DNA from: Octopus vulgaris
Lineage: Eukaryota
Length of the DNA: 64,000 bases
Reading direction: 5' to 3'
Assembly: GCA_951406725.2 (NCBI GenBank)
Contig: OX597823.1
Coordinates: 33,728,001-33,792,000 of the forward strand
Every line of letters starts with the position of its first letter. The first letter of the stretch is position 1. The translations under genes and the position numbers were made by a program. The notes beneath the pieces are model-generated. The model was given only the letters and a program-made list of their open reading frames with translations. It searched no databases and was not told the DNA's origin. Shown here in pieces: positions 13,401-26,406 of the stretch.

Positions 13401-13733
13401 AATAACAAACAAGATGAGGATAAATAACCATCAAATGTAAATAATGTATCTTGAGAGTAGTCTTCACTGCTTGCAGAACTTACTTTCTCTGAGATGAGTA
13501 CATTTTCTCAAGAACTTTGTATTACTGCCAGACTGCTCAGTCCACAGATCAACCAAGAGATCAGTCCTCACTACTCCATCCCATGTCTTCCTGGGTCTCC
13601 CTCTAGGTCTGCTGAATATATATATATATACTTTTCTATGCATACTTTTCCTATGCATACCTTTCCTTCTTGGGACACAAAACTCTACTTGTGAAGACCT
13701 GTTGAGGCAAGTGAAAATCGAAATCGATCAACA

Positions 13734-13812
<79 letters not shown>

Positions 13813-13869
13813 CATACATGGGATGTCCATAAATTACAGACATCACTAAATATATCCCCAATGGTTGTT

Positions 13870-14061
13870 ATATTTTTTTTCATAGCATAATAGGTTAGAT
13901 AGGACAATGTCTATATTACAATAACCAATAACACGTTGTGCATGTATAGTAATATTACGATCATGAAATTAGCATTAGTTTGTCTCATACTTTCTTGCAG
14001 AACCCCTTGGAACCTTTTGCAGAACCATAGGGACCCAGAGAACCCTGGTTGAGAAATGCTG
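13870..14061. mobile_element. hAT/Charlie-like element terminus
   Basis: Repeated GAACCC subterminal motifs ending in GGTTGAGAAATGCTG; the other end was not found. Confidence 0.55.
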
Positions 14062-14514
14062 GGTTAGGGTGTTTAAAAGTAGTCTAAGAAAACTGTTGGC
14101 CATTTATGTTGTGTGCTTCCAATCACTCAAAGAAATATTTGATTGTACCTTGCCCCACCCCTCTCACTTCCATTCACTTCTACGCAGTTGAGGTCTTGAG
14201 AGGCCACCTGACATTTCTATGTCTTGCAGCTTCTACTGATTGTTTTTTGTTTCTCTCCTTCTCTTCTCTGCTCCCATTCTATTATAGTAATTCCCTTATC
14301 CTCTAGCATGAAACTGACCCCCCTCCCATTTCCCAGGGCATTTAGTCCAGTGAATAGTGCAGGTTACATGAAAAAAAAAACACCCAGTCCATTAGGAAGG
14401 GCATTTGGCCATAGAAACTGTTCCGAAGCAGACATTGAACCATGATGCAGTCCTTGAACACATTGGATCAAATCAAACTACCCAACCCATGCCAGCATGG
14501 AAAATGGTTATTAA

Positions 14515-14752
14515 ATGATGATGATTATGATGATGGTGGTGGCGGTGGTGGTGGTGGTGGTGGTGGTGGTGGTAGTGGTAGTAGTGGTAGCAGCGGCGGT
14601 GGTGGTAGTGGTGGTGGCAGTGGTGGTGATGGTGGTAGTGGTGGTGGTGGTGGTAGTGGTGGTGGTGGTGGTGGTGGTGGTGATGATGAGGATGATGATG
14701 ATGATGATGGCGGTGATGATGATGGTGGTAGTGGTGGTGGTGATAATGATGA
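14515..14752. repeat. (GGT)n/(GAT)n compound microsatellite
   Basis: Direct reading; extends the (ATG)n tail of an RTE-3'UTR repeat. Confidence 0.95.
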
Positions 14753-15088
14753 CTAGTTTAATTACAAACAGAGGTGTTTGAGTTGGAGTCAAAGTCAGCA
14801 GCACTATTATTTGAGAAGTCAGAATTTTGTGTACAGATTCCAAAGTCCTGATAATGTAATACAACCATCCTTTCATGAAAGAGATATTCCATCTGGTAGT
14901 AACAGAGTTGGACAGTTCTTTGAACTTCCTTATTTCATTACACGCCCTCATCTTTCCTCACCATTGAAATAATGATTCTTTAGATTTGTGAACAGGTCAG
15001 ACATTTTGTAAGGAAGAAGGAGCACATTCAGTTCAAGCATCTCCAGTGTGAATATCTATCTATCAGTCTGTCTGTCTGTCTGTCTGTA

Positions 15089-15119
<31 letters not shown>

Positions 15120-15120
15120 A

Positions 15121-15180
<60 letters not shown>

Positions 15181-15185
15181 TATAT

Positions 15186-15250
<65 letters not shown>

Positions 15251-15618
15251 CTATCTATCAATCTATCTGTCTGTCTGTCTGTCTGTCAGTGTATATATAT
15301 ATATATATATATATCAAGATTGGAGCCTGGTGCAACCATCTGGTTCACCAGCCTCAGTCAAAATCGTCCAACCCATGCTAGCATGGAAAACGGACGTTAA
15401 ACGATGATGATGATGATATATATATATATATATATACAGATATATAAGTATATAGATATAATTATAACTAAGGATACTGAGAAAGCAGCACCTACTCACT
15501 AGAAATAGATGTCAAATGACTCTAAAACCACATCATTTTTTTCACTCCATTAGCACAGAATGAGAGTAAGGTAAAGGAATAAAAAAAATTTGGCAAAAGT
15601 TTTTGAAGGTTAATTCTA

Positions 15619-16184
15619 CGAGGGTGAGTCAAAAAGCAATGCCATTCTGTTTAGGACAGATATAATTACCAACACAGGAACATGTACCATACATCAAAAT
15701 AAAGCTGGTCCTCTGTGGATCACATCCCTACTTCTCAAGATACTCACTGTTTTTCTCAATAGCAATGTTCCACCTTCCAATGAGAGCATGTATCCCTGCC
15801 CCTTAAAATTCTGTTGACTGTTCTTTGAGCTACTTCTTCACTACGGTTTTCATTTCCTTGTCACTGGAATAATGTTTGTCTCTCAAACCCTCTTTCATGG
15901 AGCCAAAGAGATGATAGTCCAGTGATGATGATAATCCAGTGACGAAGAAGTGAAAACTGTAGTGAAGAAGTGGCTCAAAGAACAGTCAACAGAATTTTAC
16001 GGGGCAGGGATACATGCTCTCATTCGAAAGTGGAACATTGCTATTGAGAGAAACAGTGACTATCTTGAGAAGTAGGGATGTGATCCACAGAGTACCAGCT
16101 TCATTTTGCAGTATGATACATGTTCCTGTGTTGGTAATTATACCTGTCCTAAACAAAATGGCATTATATTTTGACTCACCCTCG
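15619..16184. mobile_element. Palindromic mariner-derived MITE built from two 3' ends
   Basis: TA|CGAGGGTGAGTCAAAA ... TTTTGACTCACCCTCG|TG with ~250-bp inverted arms. The right arm decodes SDEEVKTVVKKWLKEQSTEFYGAGIHALIRKWNIAIERNSDYLEK* (mariner C-terminus). Confidence 0.9.
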
Positions 16185-16580
16185 TGGATTGAACATCAGT
16201 AGAATATACCAAAGCATATTTATGTATGTTTTGTTATATTCTACTTTTGAAGGTAAAATAATTTTTATATTGCTAAACCAGAAATTGTTTAATCTAGAAT
16301 TAATCTTAGAAACATTTTGCCAAATCTTTTTTATTCATTTACCTCACTTTCAATCTGTGCTAATGGAGTGAAAAAAATAATGTAGTTTTAGAGTCTTTTG
16401 ACATCTATTTCTAGCATGTAGGGGCTCTTCTTTCAACACCCTTAATTATAATTATATCTATCTAATTATATATTTGTATTCATTTTTACCTATATGAATT
16501 TTTATTACATGCTAACCACTGATAAGATTGTTATTTTTATAATGATTTTATCATTGCATCTATCTGTCTGTCTGTCTATG

Positions 16581-16616
<36 letters not shown>

Positions 16617-16626
16617 TATAGATATA

Positions 16627-16671
<45 letters not shown>

Positions 16672-16698
16672 AAGAGAAATATATATATGTAAATACAT

Positions 16699-17045
16699 AT
16701 GAAGTCACATAAAAGGCGAAATGCCCAGGTAGCTAATAATCTTGGACACCAATCACCTCTTATAACTTGTGTCATATGTCATAAAACTAGTAAGAAAATA
16801 ACTGGACTTAAAAGGCATATGCCAGTTCCCCAAAACATTCCATTAGAATCAGATTCCAAAGGGCAAAGACATAGAAGAAACTTGAATAATATCTGTCACT
16901 TGTGTTTTAAACCCTGTCGTTCAGCAGCTGGTCTTAAAAGTCATCTAAGGGCTCATCAATGGAGGGATTGTGCTGTGTAATGGGGTGTGGTGTGGTGTGT
17001 GTGTTGATGGGACAGCTATCATATGTCAAGATGAAGCAATCATCA
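16699..17045 (+). mobile_element. Probable RTE-clade LINE 3' end with C2H2-like zinc fingers
   Basis: CVICHKTSKKITGLKRHM and CHLCFKPCRSAAGLKSHLRAH resemble the RTE ORF2 terminal finger. There is no TGEKP linker, and a short 3'UTR-like tail follows. Confidence 0.6.
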
Positions 17046-17244
17046 TATATGTATATTCCTTATTTGTGGAATTACAATGCTACCATTGGTTGAAATATAT
17101 TGCAAATATCAAGCATTCCATCTACATCCAAATTGGAAGCGGATTACCAACATTTTAAAGAGGAATGTCTGATAATTCCAATGTATTGCTACCAATGGTG
17201 ACAATGTAAATCCACAAAGAAGAAAATTTTCATCCACTAAATTT

Positions 17245-18300
17245 GGTGCTTGTGAAAGAAGTACAGGCCATGTACAGGGGTGCTGTTAGTACAGTAAGAG
17301 TTAACCACGAGTACAGTAACGAATTTAGTGTGAAGGTAGGTATTCACTAAAGCTTGGTCCTCATCCCCCTCCTATTCATCATTGTCCTCCAGGCCATAAC
17401 AGAGGAATTTTAGACTGGAAGCCCATGGGAACTACTATATGCTGATGATCTTGCCCTCGTAGAAGAATCTAGAACAGAGTTAGAAAAGAAATTCAAGGTG
17501 TGAAAATTCCAGGTGCAGAATCTAAGGACCAGGTTAATATAGCAAATACCAAGGTCTTAGTAAGCAATGAATTGGACAAGACCACCCTTCCCCCATCAAG
17601 TAAATTGCCCTTCTCAATATGTAGGAAGGGTGAAGGCAGAAATTCCATTCGTTCTACCCAGTGCAAGGCTATGGACATACAAAAGGTGCAGTGGAAGATG
17701 TACAGGAGCCATAAAGATTATAGATATGTGGGAAACTGATTTCCTCAACTGTTCTGGAGGCTCTCTGAATGTAGTAGTTAATTTCTGCCATTTAGGTAAC
17801 CTAATTATCTATGGAGGAGGTTGTACAGAAAGTGTAATTGCTAGAATAAGACTGGGATGGAAACAGTTCAAAGAGCTTTTACTCCTGTTGGCAACAACAT
17901 ATCTCAGTCCTCTGTCATCTCCTTCATAAGGCTCGGTGTTTTGAGTTTGGCCTTCACTACTTCGTCCCATTTCTTCCTGGGTTTCGCTCTTCCACAACTT
18001 TCCTCCAACCATATCCACCCACCCTGTCCTCCTCCACCCACATCTAAACCAAACTTGCACAGTCTCCTCTCTGGCACACTGCATATAGTTCCTCTTTTGT
18101 TCAACTTCTCTCTCAATACACCAATGCTCTGTCACTGAGTGAAAAGAAGATTGTATGATGCATGTGTACGAACTGCAGTGCTACATGGTAGTGAGATGTG
18201 GGCCCTGAATGCAGAGGTCATGTAAAGGCTGAAAAGGAATGAAGCTGGTATGCTTTGCTTGTTTTGTGATGTCAGTATGCTTGTGTGACAAAGAGTGAGA
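17245..18300 (+). mobile_element. Decayed RTE LINE reverse transcriptase region with an internal inverted segment
   Basis: VQAMYRGAVSTVRV...PLLFIIVLQAITEEF...PWELLYADDLAL, later VKRRLYDACVRTAVLHGSEMW, with stops and frameshifts. 17905-18135 is a C-terminal piece (GRAKPRKKWDEVV) on the minus strand. Confidence 0.9.
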
Positions 18301-20387
18301 TACATTCATAGAAAAATGATAATTGATGTATCTTATTTTTGTTTTTGCCTTGTAAGATTTTTGATATGAATTCATGTGTTGAAACAGATTTAGTTGTATT
18401 TTTGGAGGGTCATTATGCCAATGATAAACACATGCATTGGGTTTCTTTCACTTCTTTTAATACTAGTCAATTAATTAAAGTGGTGAGCTGGCAGAATTGT
18501 TAGCAGACCAGAAGAAATGCTTAGTGGCATTTTTTCTGGTTTTCTGGTTCTCTGACTTTGTAGTTCATCCTTTCACATTCAATGAAATAAGGACTAGTCA
18601 AATACTGGAGTTCATGATATTGACAACCCCCTTCCCCTAAACTTGCTGGCCTTGTGCCAAAATTTGAAACAATTAGTTAACCATTTAACTGATTAACAAA
18701 TTGATTGCTTGATTTATCATTCAATCAGCCAGTCAATCAGCTAGATTCATCAGAGTCTTTTGTTGCCACTCATGACATCATCAGTGACATACCCTCCCTT
18801 CTCAGTTGATTATTTAACTGATTAAATGCTTAACTAAGTGACTAATAATAATAAAACAAGTGATATAGAACCTCTGTGTGTGTGTGTGTGTGTGTTTGTG
18901 ATTGGCGTAATAACCCTTCTGAGATACAACATATTTATTTATAGATATATGTTTAGATACTGACCTTACATTAATACCAGTGCTTCAAGTTCTTTTTAAC
19001 TATTTTTAGGAATTAGAAATTATATTGATGATACAAAAATATTTCACAATATTTATATAAATCAAATTATAAAAAAAAAACAATAACAATAATTGAAGAG
19101 ATCAAACAATAATCAAAACAACAAGAAAAAACCCCAAAAGCATTGCCTTGAGAAGTAACATGAAGCACTTATATCTAATGGGTTTCTTTACCATATAAGG
19201 GAAGTCCAGTATTGATTTTTATAGGATGAAATAAATAGCTGGAGATAATATGATGAAAGGAATATTTTGGAAAAATATAATGACTAAGTAGAAGGAAGGG
19301 AAAGGAAGCTAGAGGGAATGAGCGGAAGAACGGTGAAGAAAGAAAGCCAGCATATCACATGACTTAACTGATAGAATTATTTAAACTACAGTTAAAGATG
19401 TTAACAATATGCTTTAATATTTAATCAATACATCTATATTATTGATTTATATATAAAAAAAAAAAAAAACGATAAAAGAATATGCAAAAGCTATTTCTAT
19501 CAATATACTTGTTAGAAATCAGTGAATGGCCAAAATTTATATTAATTAGAAATGATAAAAACACATTAAGAGTCAGTTCCTGTGTTGGATTTTGTTGACT
19601 TATCTTCTGTATCTATACACAGAACACACATCATTCCACACAACATATGCACTGGTTTACTTACACAAATACCCCCACACACTTCCATACATATACACAC
19701 AGGCTCACATAATTTTGAGTTCTCCCACACATACATTCACACGCACTTTCCCCCATTCATACATACACACTCGCACACACACACACATCATTCTTACATA
19801 CATGCTTTGTGGACCACAGTCCAACGGGATCATAGTTATTATCTCCCTTACACTCAACCTCTTTCTTCCTGTCATTTCAACTTGTTAAACCATTAATCCC
19901 TAAACTTTATATATAAAATGCCTACGTGTTTTTAAATATTTATATGTTTATATGCTTGTATGTTTTTAATACTACTATTATTTCGAACTTTATATTGCTT
20001 TATTAATGTCGAAGAAAGTACATATATACTGAATATTCTGCTGGATGATAGGTCATGTTCCTCTAGTTTTCCATTTGTATTGCCTTCATTCAAATTATAT
20101 ATATATATGTATATATATATGAAATGTTCAAACGATGAATAGCCTACGTGTAAACCAATTGGTTCGTTTTGTTCTCTTTATTATTATTATTATCATCTTA
20201 TAATCATCTCATAATAATGACCTTTATGACTCGTATTACTACCTCAGTCAATCTAAATGTATATATTTGTCACTACCTGTCATAAATAGCCTTCTTCTAT
20301 CTGCAATATGCATTTTCGTTGATTTTTCATATTTTACCCTTACATTTCCACGTGTATTTTATATTTTCTTTTCATAACATATTTCTA

Positions 20388-20436
<49 letters not shown>

Positions 20437-20768
20437 TATGTATGTATATATATTTGAAACCATAGTATATGAGAATCTGAATGGCATAATCTGTTAAAGG
20501 TATGCTTTTAATGTCTTAATTCTTTATCTGTTTCCTTGCTTACTGTTATTTTCTGTTACTTTGGTGCCTTCCGGCAGTTGAATTGGGAGTTTAATTCCTA
20601 TTTCTAAACAGATTGATCTTTCTTGCATCCTTATGCTTTGTGCTAATTTTTAATTTATAGCTATATAATGCTATTAAACCTGTGAACCTTCCATCTTACT
20701 GTTGCTAATATTATCAATTAAAAATATTCACCATAGATAATATTAACAATAGTAATATCTTATTTCGA

Positions 20769-20812
<44 letters not shown>

Positions 20813-20939
20813 AGTATTGGTATCCAGAAGACCCAAGGTGGCAGGTAATGCTGTGTAAGTGCAATGGAAGGACCGTTGTTAGACTCTCGGTTCGATAATA
20901 ATACAAGTGAGGAGTCTAATGCGGGTCTTGTATGTGCAT

Positions 20940-21330
20940 GTGTATGTTAAATAAAATGAGACTACAAAGCCAAGGCTGTGTGGAATTTTCAAGACATTTA
21001 TAAAGAGGAAGTTAACCTTACAGCTGTTTCTGGAATATTAGGAGTATCCTTTCATCAGAGACGATGTGAAATGGTTACATAGTGGGAAATAGTAGAGTTC
21101 AATGTAAGGAGTTATTTTGAAAAAGGATGGAAATAAGAAGTATACAGGGAAATAAGAGAATAAAAGTAAAAATAAAAGTATTTCTCTCTATGTAACCTTC
21201 TTACATTGTCTCTGATGAAGGGAGACCCCTAACATTCCAGAAACGGCTGTAAGACTAACTTGCTCTTTATAAACGTCCTGAAAGTTCCACACAGCCTTGG
21301 TTTTGTTGTCTCATATAATTTAACATACAC
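20940..21330. repeat. Penelope-type inverted repeat pair, each arm with a hammerhead
   Basis: ~20940-21070 is the reverse complement of ~21200-21330. Confidence 0.85.
21208..21255 (+). ncRNA. Type I minimal hammerhead ribozyme motif
   Basis: GUCU-CUGAUGA-AGGGA...UUCCA-GAA-ACGG/CUGU-A|AGAC. Stem I is GUCU/AGAC, stem III is near-palindromic, the triplet is GUA, and stem II is weak. Partner on the minus strand at 21015-21062. Confidence 0.65.
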
Positions 21331-21904
21331 ACACATGTGTGTGTATGTGTCTGTGTTTGTCTTCCTACCATCGTTTGACAACCAGTGTTGGTATGTTTAC
21401 GTCCCCGTAACTTAGCGGGTCATCAAAAGAGACTGATTGAATAAGTACTACAAAGAATAAGTCCTTGGGTCGATTTGTTCGACTAAAGTGGGTGCTCCAG
21501 CATGGCCGCAGTCAAATGACTAAAACAAGAAGAAAGATAAAAGAATAAAAGAAATATATACATATGCGTGTATGGATGGATGGATTTATGTATAAACACA
21601 CACACACACATTGATGTGTATTTGTGTTAAAAACTTCTTGTGTTAAAAAAAGCAGAACAAAAATGACTGTTTTACATGATGCAATTTGGAAAAAAAACAA
21701 AACAAAAATTTTAGTCTAAAAAATATTGTCCTATTTCCTATTCAATGTTTGCTCACAAAACTATCAAATGTAAGTTTATATGTGTGTGTGTGTTTGTGTA
21801 TCACAGTTTACTACACATGCAAGCTGTTGATGAAATGAAACAGAGATTGCATTCACATGCTGCTTCTAAATGTGTTTGACCAAAATTAGGAGAGTATCAA
21901 ATAT

Positions 21905-22270
21905 TATCATCACCATCAATGAACATTCACTTTCCATGCTGGCATGGGTTGGACGGTTTGACTGAGGACTGGCAAGCCGTGTGGCTGCACCAGGCTCCAG
22001 TCTGATCTGGCAAGGTTTCTACAGCTGGACACCCTTCCTAACACCAACCACTCCAAAAGTGTAGTGGGTCCCTTTTATATGTCACTGGCATGGGAGCCAG
22101 TCAGGCAGCACTGGCATCGACCATGCTTGAATGGTGCCTTTTATGTGCCACTGGCTTGGAAGTCAGTCGGTCAGCAGTGGCATTGGCCATACTTGAATGG
22201 TGCTTTTTGCGTGCCACCAGCATGGGTGCCAGTCAGGTGACACTGGCATCAGTCACACTTGAATGGTGCA
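21905..22270 (-). mobile_element. RTE-LINE 3'UTR-derived repeat (family B) with ~60-bp internal subrepeats
   Basis: Similar to 43737-44195; repeated GAATGGTGCTTTT.. units. Confidence 0.8.
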
Positions 22271-23831
22271 TTTTATAATATTTATATTATTTAGAAATAT
22301 AGCTCAAAATCTTTTATTTGAAAGCAATGATGTAGGGGAGTTTACTCAAAGTGGTGGCCTGCTGTCCGGTGCGAGTCAGCAAGCCATCAGCTGCTGGTAT
22401 GCAACGAGCTTTCAGAAAAGAAAGAAGCATTATATAAAGCTTATGTAATAGTGCATTATTTGTTTACGATATAAATATATGATAAAAAAAATTGTCAACT
22501 TTTATTATATTCATTATGTATATTGGAAATATTGCATTTTTAAATCTCTCAGAGAGAATTATGCAGCAGCAGCATGATAAAGTGATGGCTTGTTGCTAAC
22601 TTAATGTGGCAGTCCCAGAAAGGGAAGAATGCTACTGCTATTTAGTCCCAAGAAACATCGTTTCTAGTTGGCTACGTGACACAAGCGTTCTGGCACGGTG
22701 GAAGAAAAAAAAAACTGCCAGTACGCCACATCACATAGTTTAAGAAGCACTGATGTAAAGGTACACAATGCTGGCTTGAACATGGTTTAGAGAGCATGCT
22801 AAATCATGATTTGACCTACATGCAAGAAAAACATCGATATACATATAAACGATAGATATATACAATATCGTTATACACATTTCTTCTCTGATTGTGAGGT
22901 CTCTGGTTTCAATTAAGTGTACAGTCCTCAGTAGACAGAAAAAAAGAATTGTGGTGCGTCTGTAAGATGATTTTGTTTGGTTGGAATGGTGTAAGCAAAT
23001 CATAGTGATATCAGCATGAAAGTCACTGTTCCTAGATGAGTGAGTGTGTGTGTGTGAAAGCAAAAATGGTTTAAGAGAAATAAAACAAAGTAGCCAGGGA
23101 CATGGGTTTGAATAACATAGACTAATACTGGTAATGTTATCCGTTTATTTTTGCTATTTAAATTATGTAAATTATTTGGGCCATTGATGTTTTCTACTCT
23201 GTTTTGTTTAAGTCTAAGTTCATTGGCTGCTGAAGGTAGGGTCAGACAACTGTTGTACTGATGAAAACTAACAAGCCAGAAACATGTTTCCACAACTATC
23301 CTTTTCATCTCTGTTACAATAAGCCTCCTCTTTTGCTGAATGGCATGTCAGTTTTGGAGAAGTCTTCAAACTTGAGATTATCTTCCCTGCTCAAGTGGGG
23401 CTGGGTTGAATAGCCATTTGATAATTATAACACATCCTCTGGAGTTGGACATAATTTTAAGAAATCACGAATTTATGGTGTAAGGTATTTCACATACTGG
23501 TATTTGTCTCTATATACAAGCATATGTGTATGTGTGTGTGTGTACACCCCCCCCACACATGTATATATAAAGATATACATGTATACACACACACACATTG
23601 TATATGTATATTCTATCATTTTTACTCAAGAGAAGCTTCAAAATGAGTGAAAGGCCAAAAGATTTATACACTGCATTTAAAAAGTTTGAATAATGGCCTG
23701 CATCTCTTAGTACTTGACTTACTTTGTAATTTCTGCTAATTAAAAATAATAAAATCTCGGTACACACATGTATTGAATCCTATTTATCTTGTTTGTACAC
23801 CAAAACTCTATTTCATATATATATATATATA

Positions 23832-24016
23832 CTTTATTAAAAAAAGGCAGTAGAAATATCACAAAAACTGTTACTCAGAGTTTCGCATTCCTGTTCATTG
23901 GACAGTTTTGTTTAGAATGTTTGTTTAGTATTCTAAATAAAACTGTCTGATGAGCAGGAATGTGAAACTCTGAGTAACAGTTTTTGTGATATTTCTACTG
24001 CCTTTTTTTAATAAAG
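23832..24016. repeat. Near-perfect ~185-bp hairpin of two opposed hammerhead units
   Basis: CTTTATTAAAAAAAGGCAGTAGAAATATCACAAAAACTGTTACTCAGAGTTTC... mirrored around a loop of ~11 nt. Confidence 0.9.
23939..23984 (+). ncRNA. Type I minimal hammerhead ribozyme motif (best in window)
   Basis: AAAACUGU-CUGAUGA-GCA(GGAA)UGU-GAA-ACUC(U)GAGU-A|ACAGUUUU: 8-bp stem I, intact core, GUA triplet, predicted cut after 23976. Confidence 0.75.
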
Positions 24017-24085
24017 CATATTACACTACCTCTGGTATTCAGGTACTATTTTTTCTACCTTGTTCCACTTTTATGTGCTTACTCC

Positions 24086-24124
<39 letters not shown>

Positions 24125-24235
24125 AATATAGGATAAAATTTTTTTCAAAAAAACTTTATCAATGACCAGCATATTAAAAAATACCTTTAAAGGTTAAATT
24201 TATAAACAACTTATAAAAAGGGCAAAAGAAAAAAG

Positions 24236-24566
24236 ATTTCTAATGCCAAATATGCCGAAACTAGACACATCGTCCATAACCATATAATTCATCACTATAA
24301 GCACGCGTCTCGAAGAAAGCCGATAGAAATTTCTAAAAAATTCCATTATTATCATATTGGACCCGATTTCAGAGTTAATTCATAAGAACTTTCTCTTCGT
24401 CAGTGATAAATGCGGCAAAGAAATAAATGAAATACTTACTTATACCCATGGAAGAAGAAAACACTAAGTCATGAGCACAATTAAGTACCCCAAATATATC
24501 CAAAATAGCGATGAATTATATGGTTATGGACGATGTGTCTAGTTTCGGCATATTTGGCATTAGAAA

Positions 24567-24570
<4 letters not shown>
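24236..24570. repeat. Inverted repeat pair (~60-bp arms) with a degenerate hammerhead-like motif in the spacer (-)
   Basis: ATTTCTAATGCCAAATATGCCGAAACTAGACACATCG... versus its reverse complement at ~24505-24570. The spacer minus strand has CUGACGA-AGAG..CUCU-GAAAUCGGGUC. Confidence 0.75.
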
Positions 24571-24638
<68 letters not shown>

Positions 24639-25081
24639 TTGTGTCTCTATGTTTGTCTCCCTGTACCGTCGCTTGACAACCGATGCTGGTGTGTTTACGT
24701 CGCCGTAACTTTGTGGTTTGGCAAAAAGAGACCAATAGAATAAGTACTAGGCTTACAAAGAATAAGTCCTGGGGTCAATTTGCTCGACTAAAGGTGGTGC
24801 TCCAGCATGGCCACAATCAAATGACTGAAACAAGTGAAAGAATAAAAGAGTAAAAAGAATATATATATATGTATGTATATGTATATATATATATGTATGT
24901 ACATGTGTGCGTATATATATATATATGTGTGTGTGTGTATGTATATGTATATATATATATATATGTATGTATGTATATGTGCATATATATGTATATATAT
25001 AGATAGGTACATGTGTATATATATGTATATATGTATGTGTGTGCGTATATATATATATCTATCTATCTCTATATATATATC

Positions 25082-25149
<68 letters not shown>

Positions 25150-25526
25150 CATATGAAATTTGGGAATGGAAATTTTAAGAAATTCTTGAAAATACTATTT
25201 TTAGTTTTTAGAGAAAACTCAAACTTGATGAAATTTAAACTTTAAAAAATAAATCTTGTTGCGTTGTATCCTATAAAATATAGGTCAGGTTACTTGAGAG
25301 ACTTAGAGAATTAATTGTGCTGAGAGAGCAAGAGAGAGAGAGAGAGAGAGAAGGTGAGGGGCAGAGGCACGGAGGTCACTACTTCGAAAACAACAAAGAC
25401 ATAGTGGGAGGACGTGGGGGGGTGAGGTGGATGGAGGAAACTCACAGAACAGAATATGTGTGTGAGAGGGGTGGGGGGAGAAAAACTGACCAGAAACTGC
25501 ACTTTAGTTAGTCATTCAGTTTACTA

Positions 25527-25558
<32 letters not shown>

Positions 25559-25894
25559 ATTGAAGAGGGGGTTTGGCGAGGAGGGGAGAAGTGAAGAAAT
25601 TGCTCATTAGAGATATAATTTCTCTTCACAACACTTTAGGACATGTGACATGTTTAACTGAGGGCCTCCATTTTATGATTTATAACGACGGTTGCTTACT
25701 TTGTGACGTATATGCACACTTATATACATACATGTGCCTCTCCCTCCTCACATCATCGTACACTTACATATAATAGACGTCATATGTAATGCTTGTATCT
25801 ATGTGTATATATTTATACACCATACATAATACATATACACTTACAGAGATGTGTGTGTGTTTGTATTGTTAATCTGGCTGTTCTTGAAATATAT

Positions 25895-25911
25895 GCATGC
25901 TTCATACATAT

Positions 25912-25955
<44 letters not shown>

Positions 25956-26033
25956 GTATATACATTCATACATGTATGTATGTGTACACATACACAGACA
26001 TACACATGTATATATATATTTATACATATATAG

Positions 26034-26086
<53 letters not shown>

Positions 26087-26209
26087 TGTATATATATATA
26101 TATATGTGTGTGTATATGTATGTATATGTATGTATATGTATGTATATGTATGTATATGTATGTATATGTATATATGTATGTATATGTATATATATACAAT
26201 ATATATGTA

Positions 26210-26265
<56 letters not shown>

Positions 26266-26355
26266 TAAAATATATGTGTATATGTATATGTGTGTGTGTA
26301 TAAATATATATATACTTTCATGAATTTATCTTAGATAATATACCTATAGATATAT

Positions 26356-26405
<50 letters not shown>
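25895..26405. repeat. Compound (TA)n/(CA)n/(TATG)n tract
   Basis: Direct reading; similar tracts at 24860-25150, 27940-28420, 40310-40725 and 49690-49970. Confidence 0.95.

Positions 26406-26406
<1 letters not shown>

Larger units (their letters stand above)
12931..13447 (+). mobile_element. Composite insertion: inverted hammerhead arm + (TTA)n + tRNA-like head + (TAA)n + hammerhead arm
   Basis: Arms ~12975-13110 and ~13310-13447 are reverse complements. The 12-bp direct repeat ATCTTGAGAGTA at 12919-12930 and 13448-13459 flanks the unit, which interrupts an older RTE-type repeat. Confidence 0.8.
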
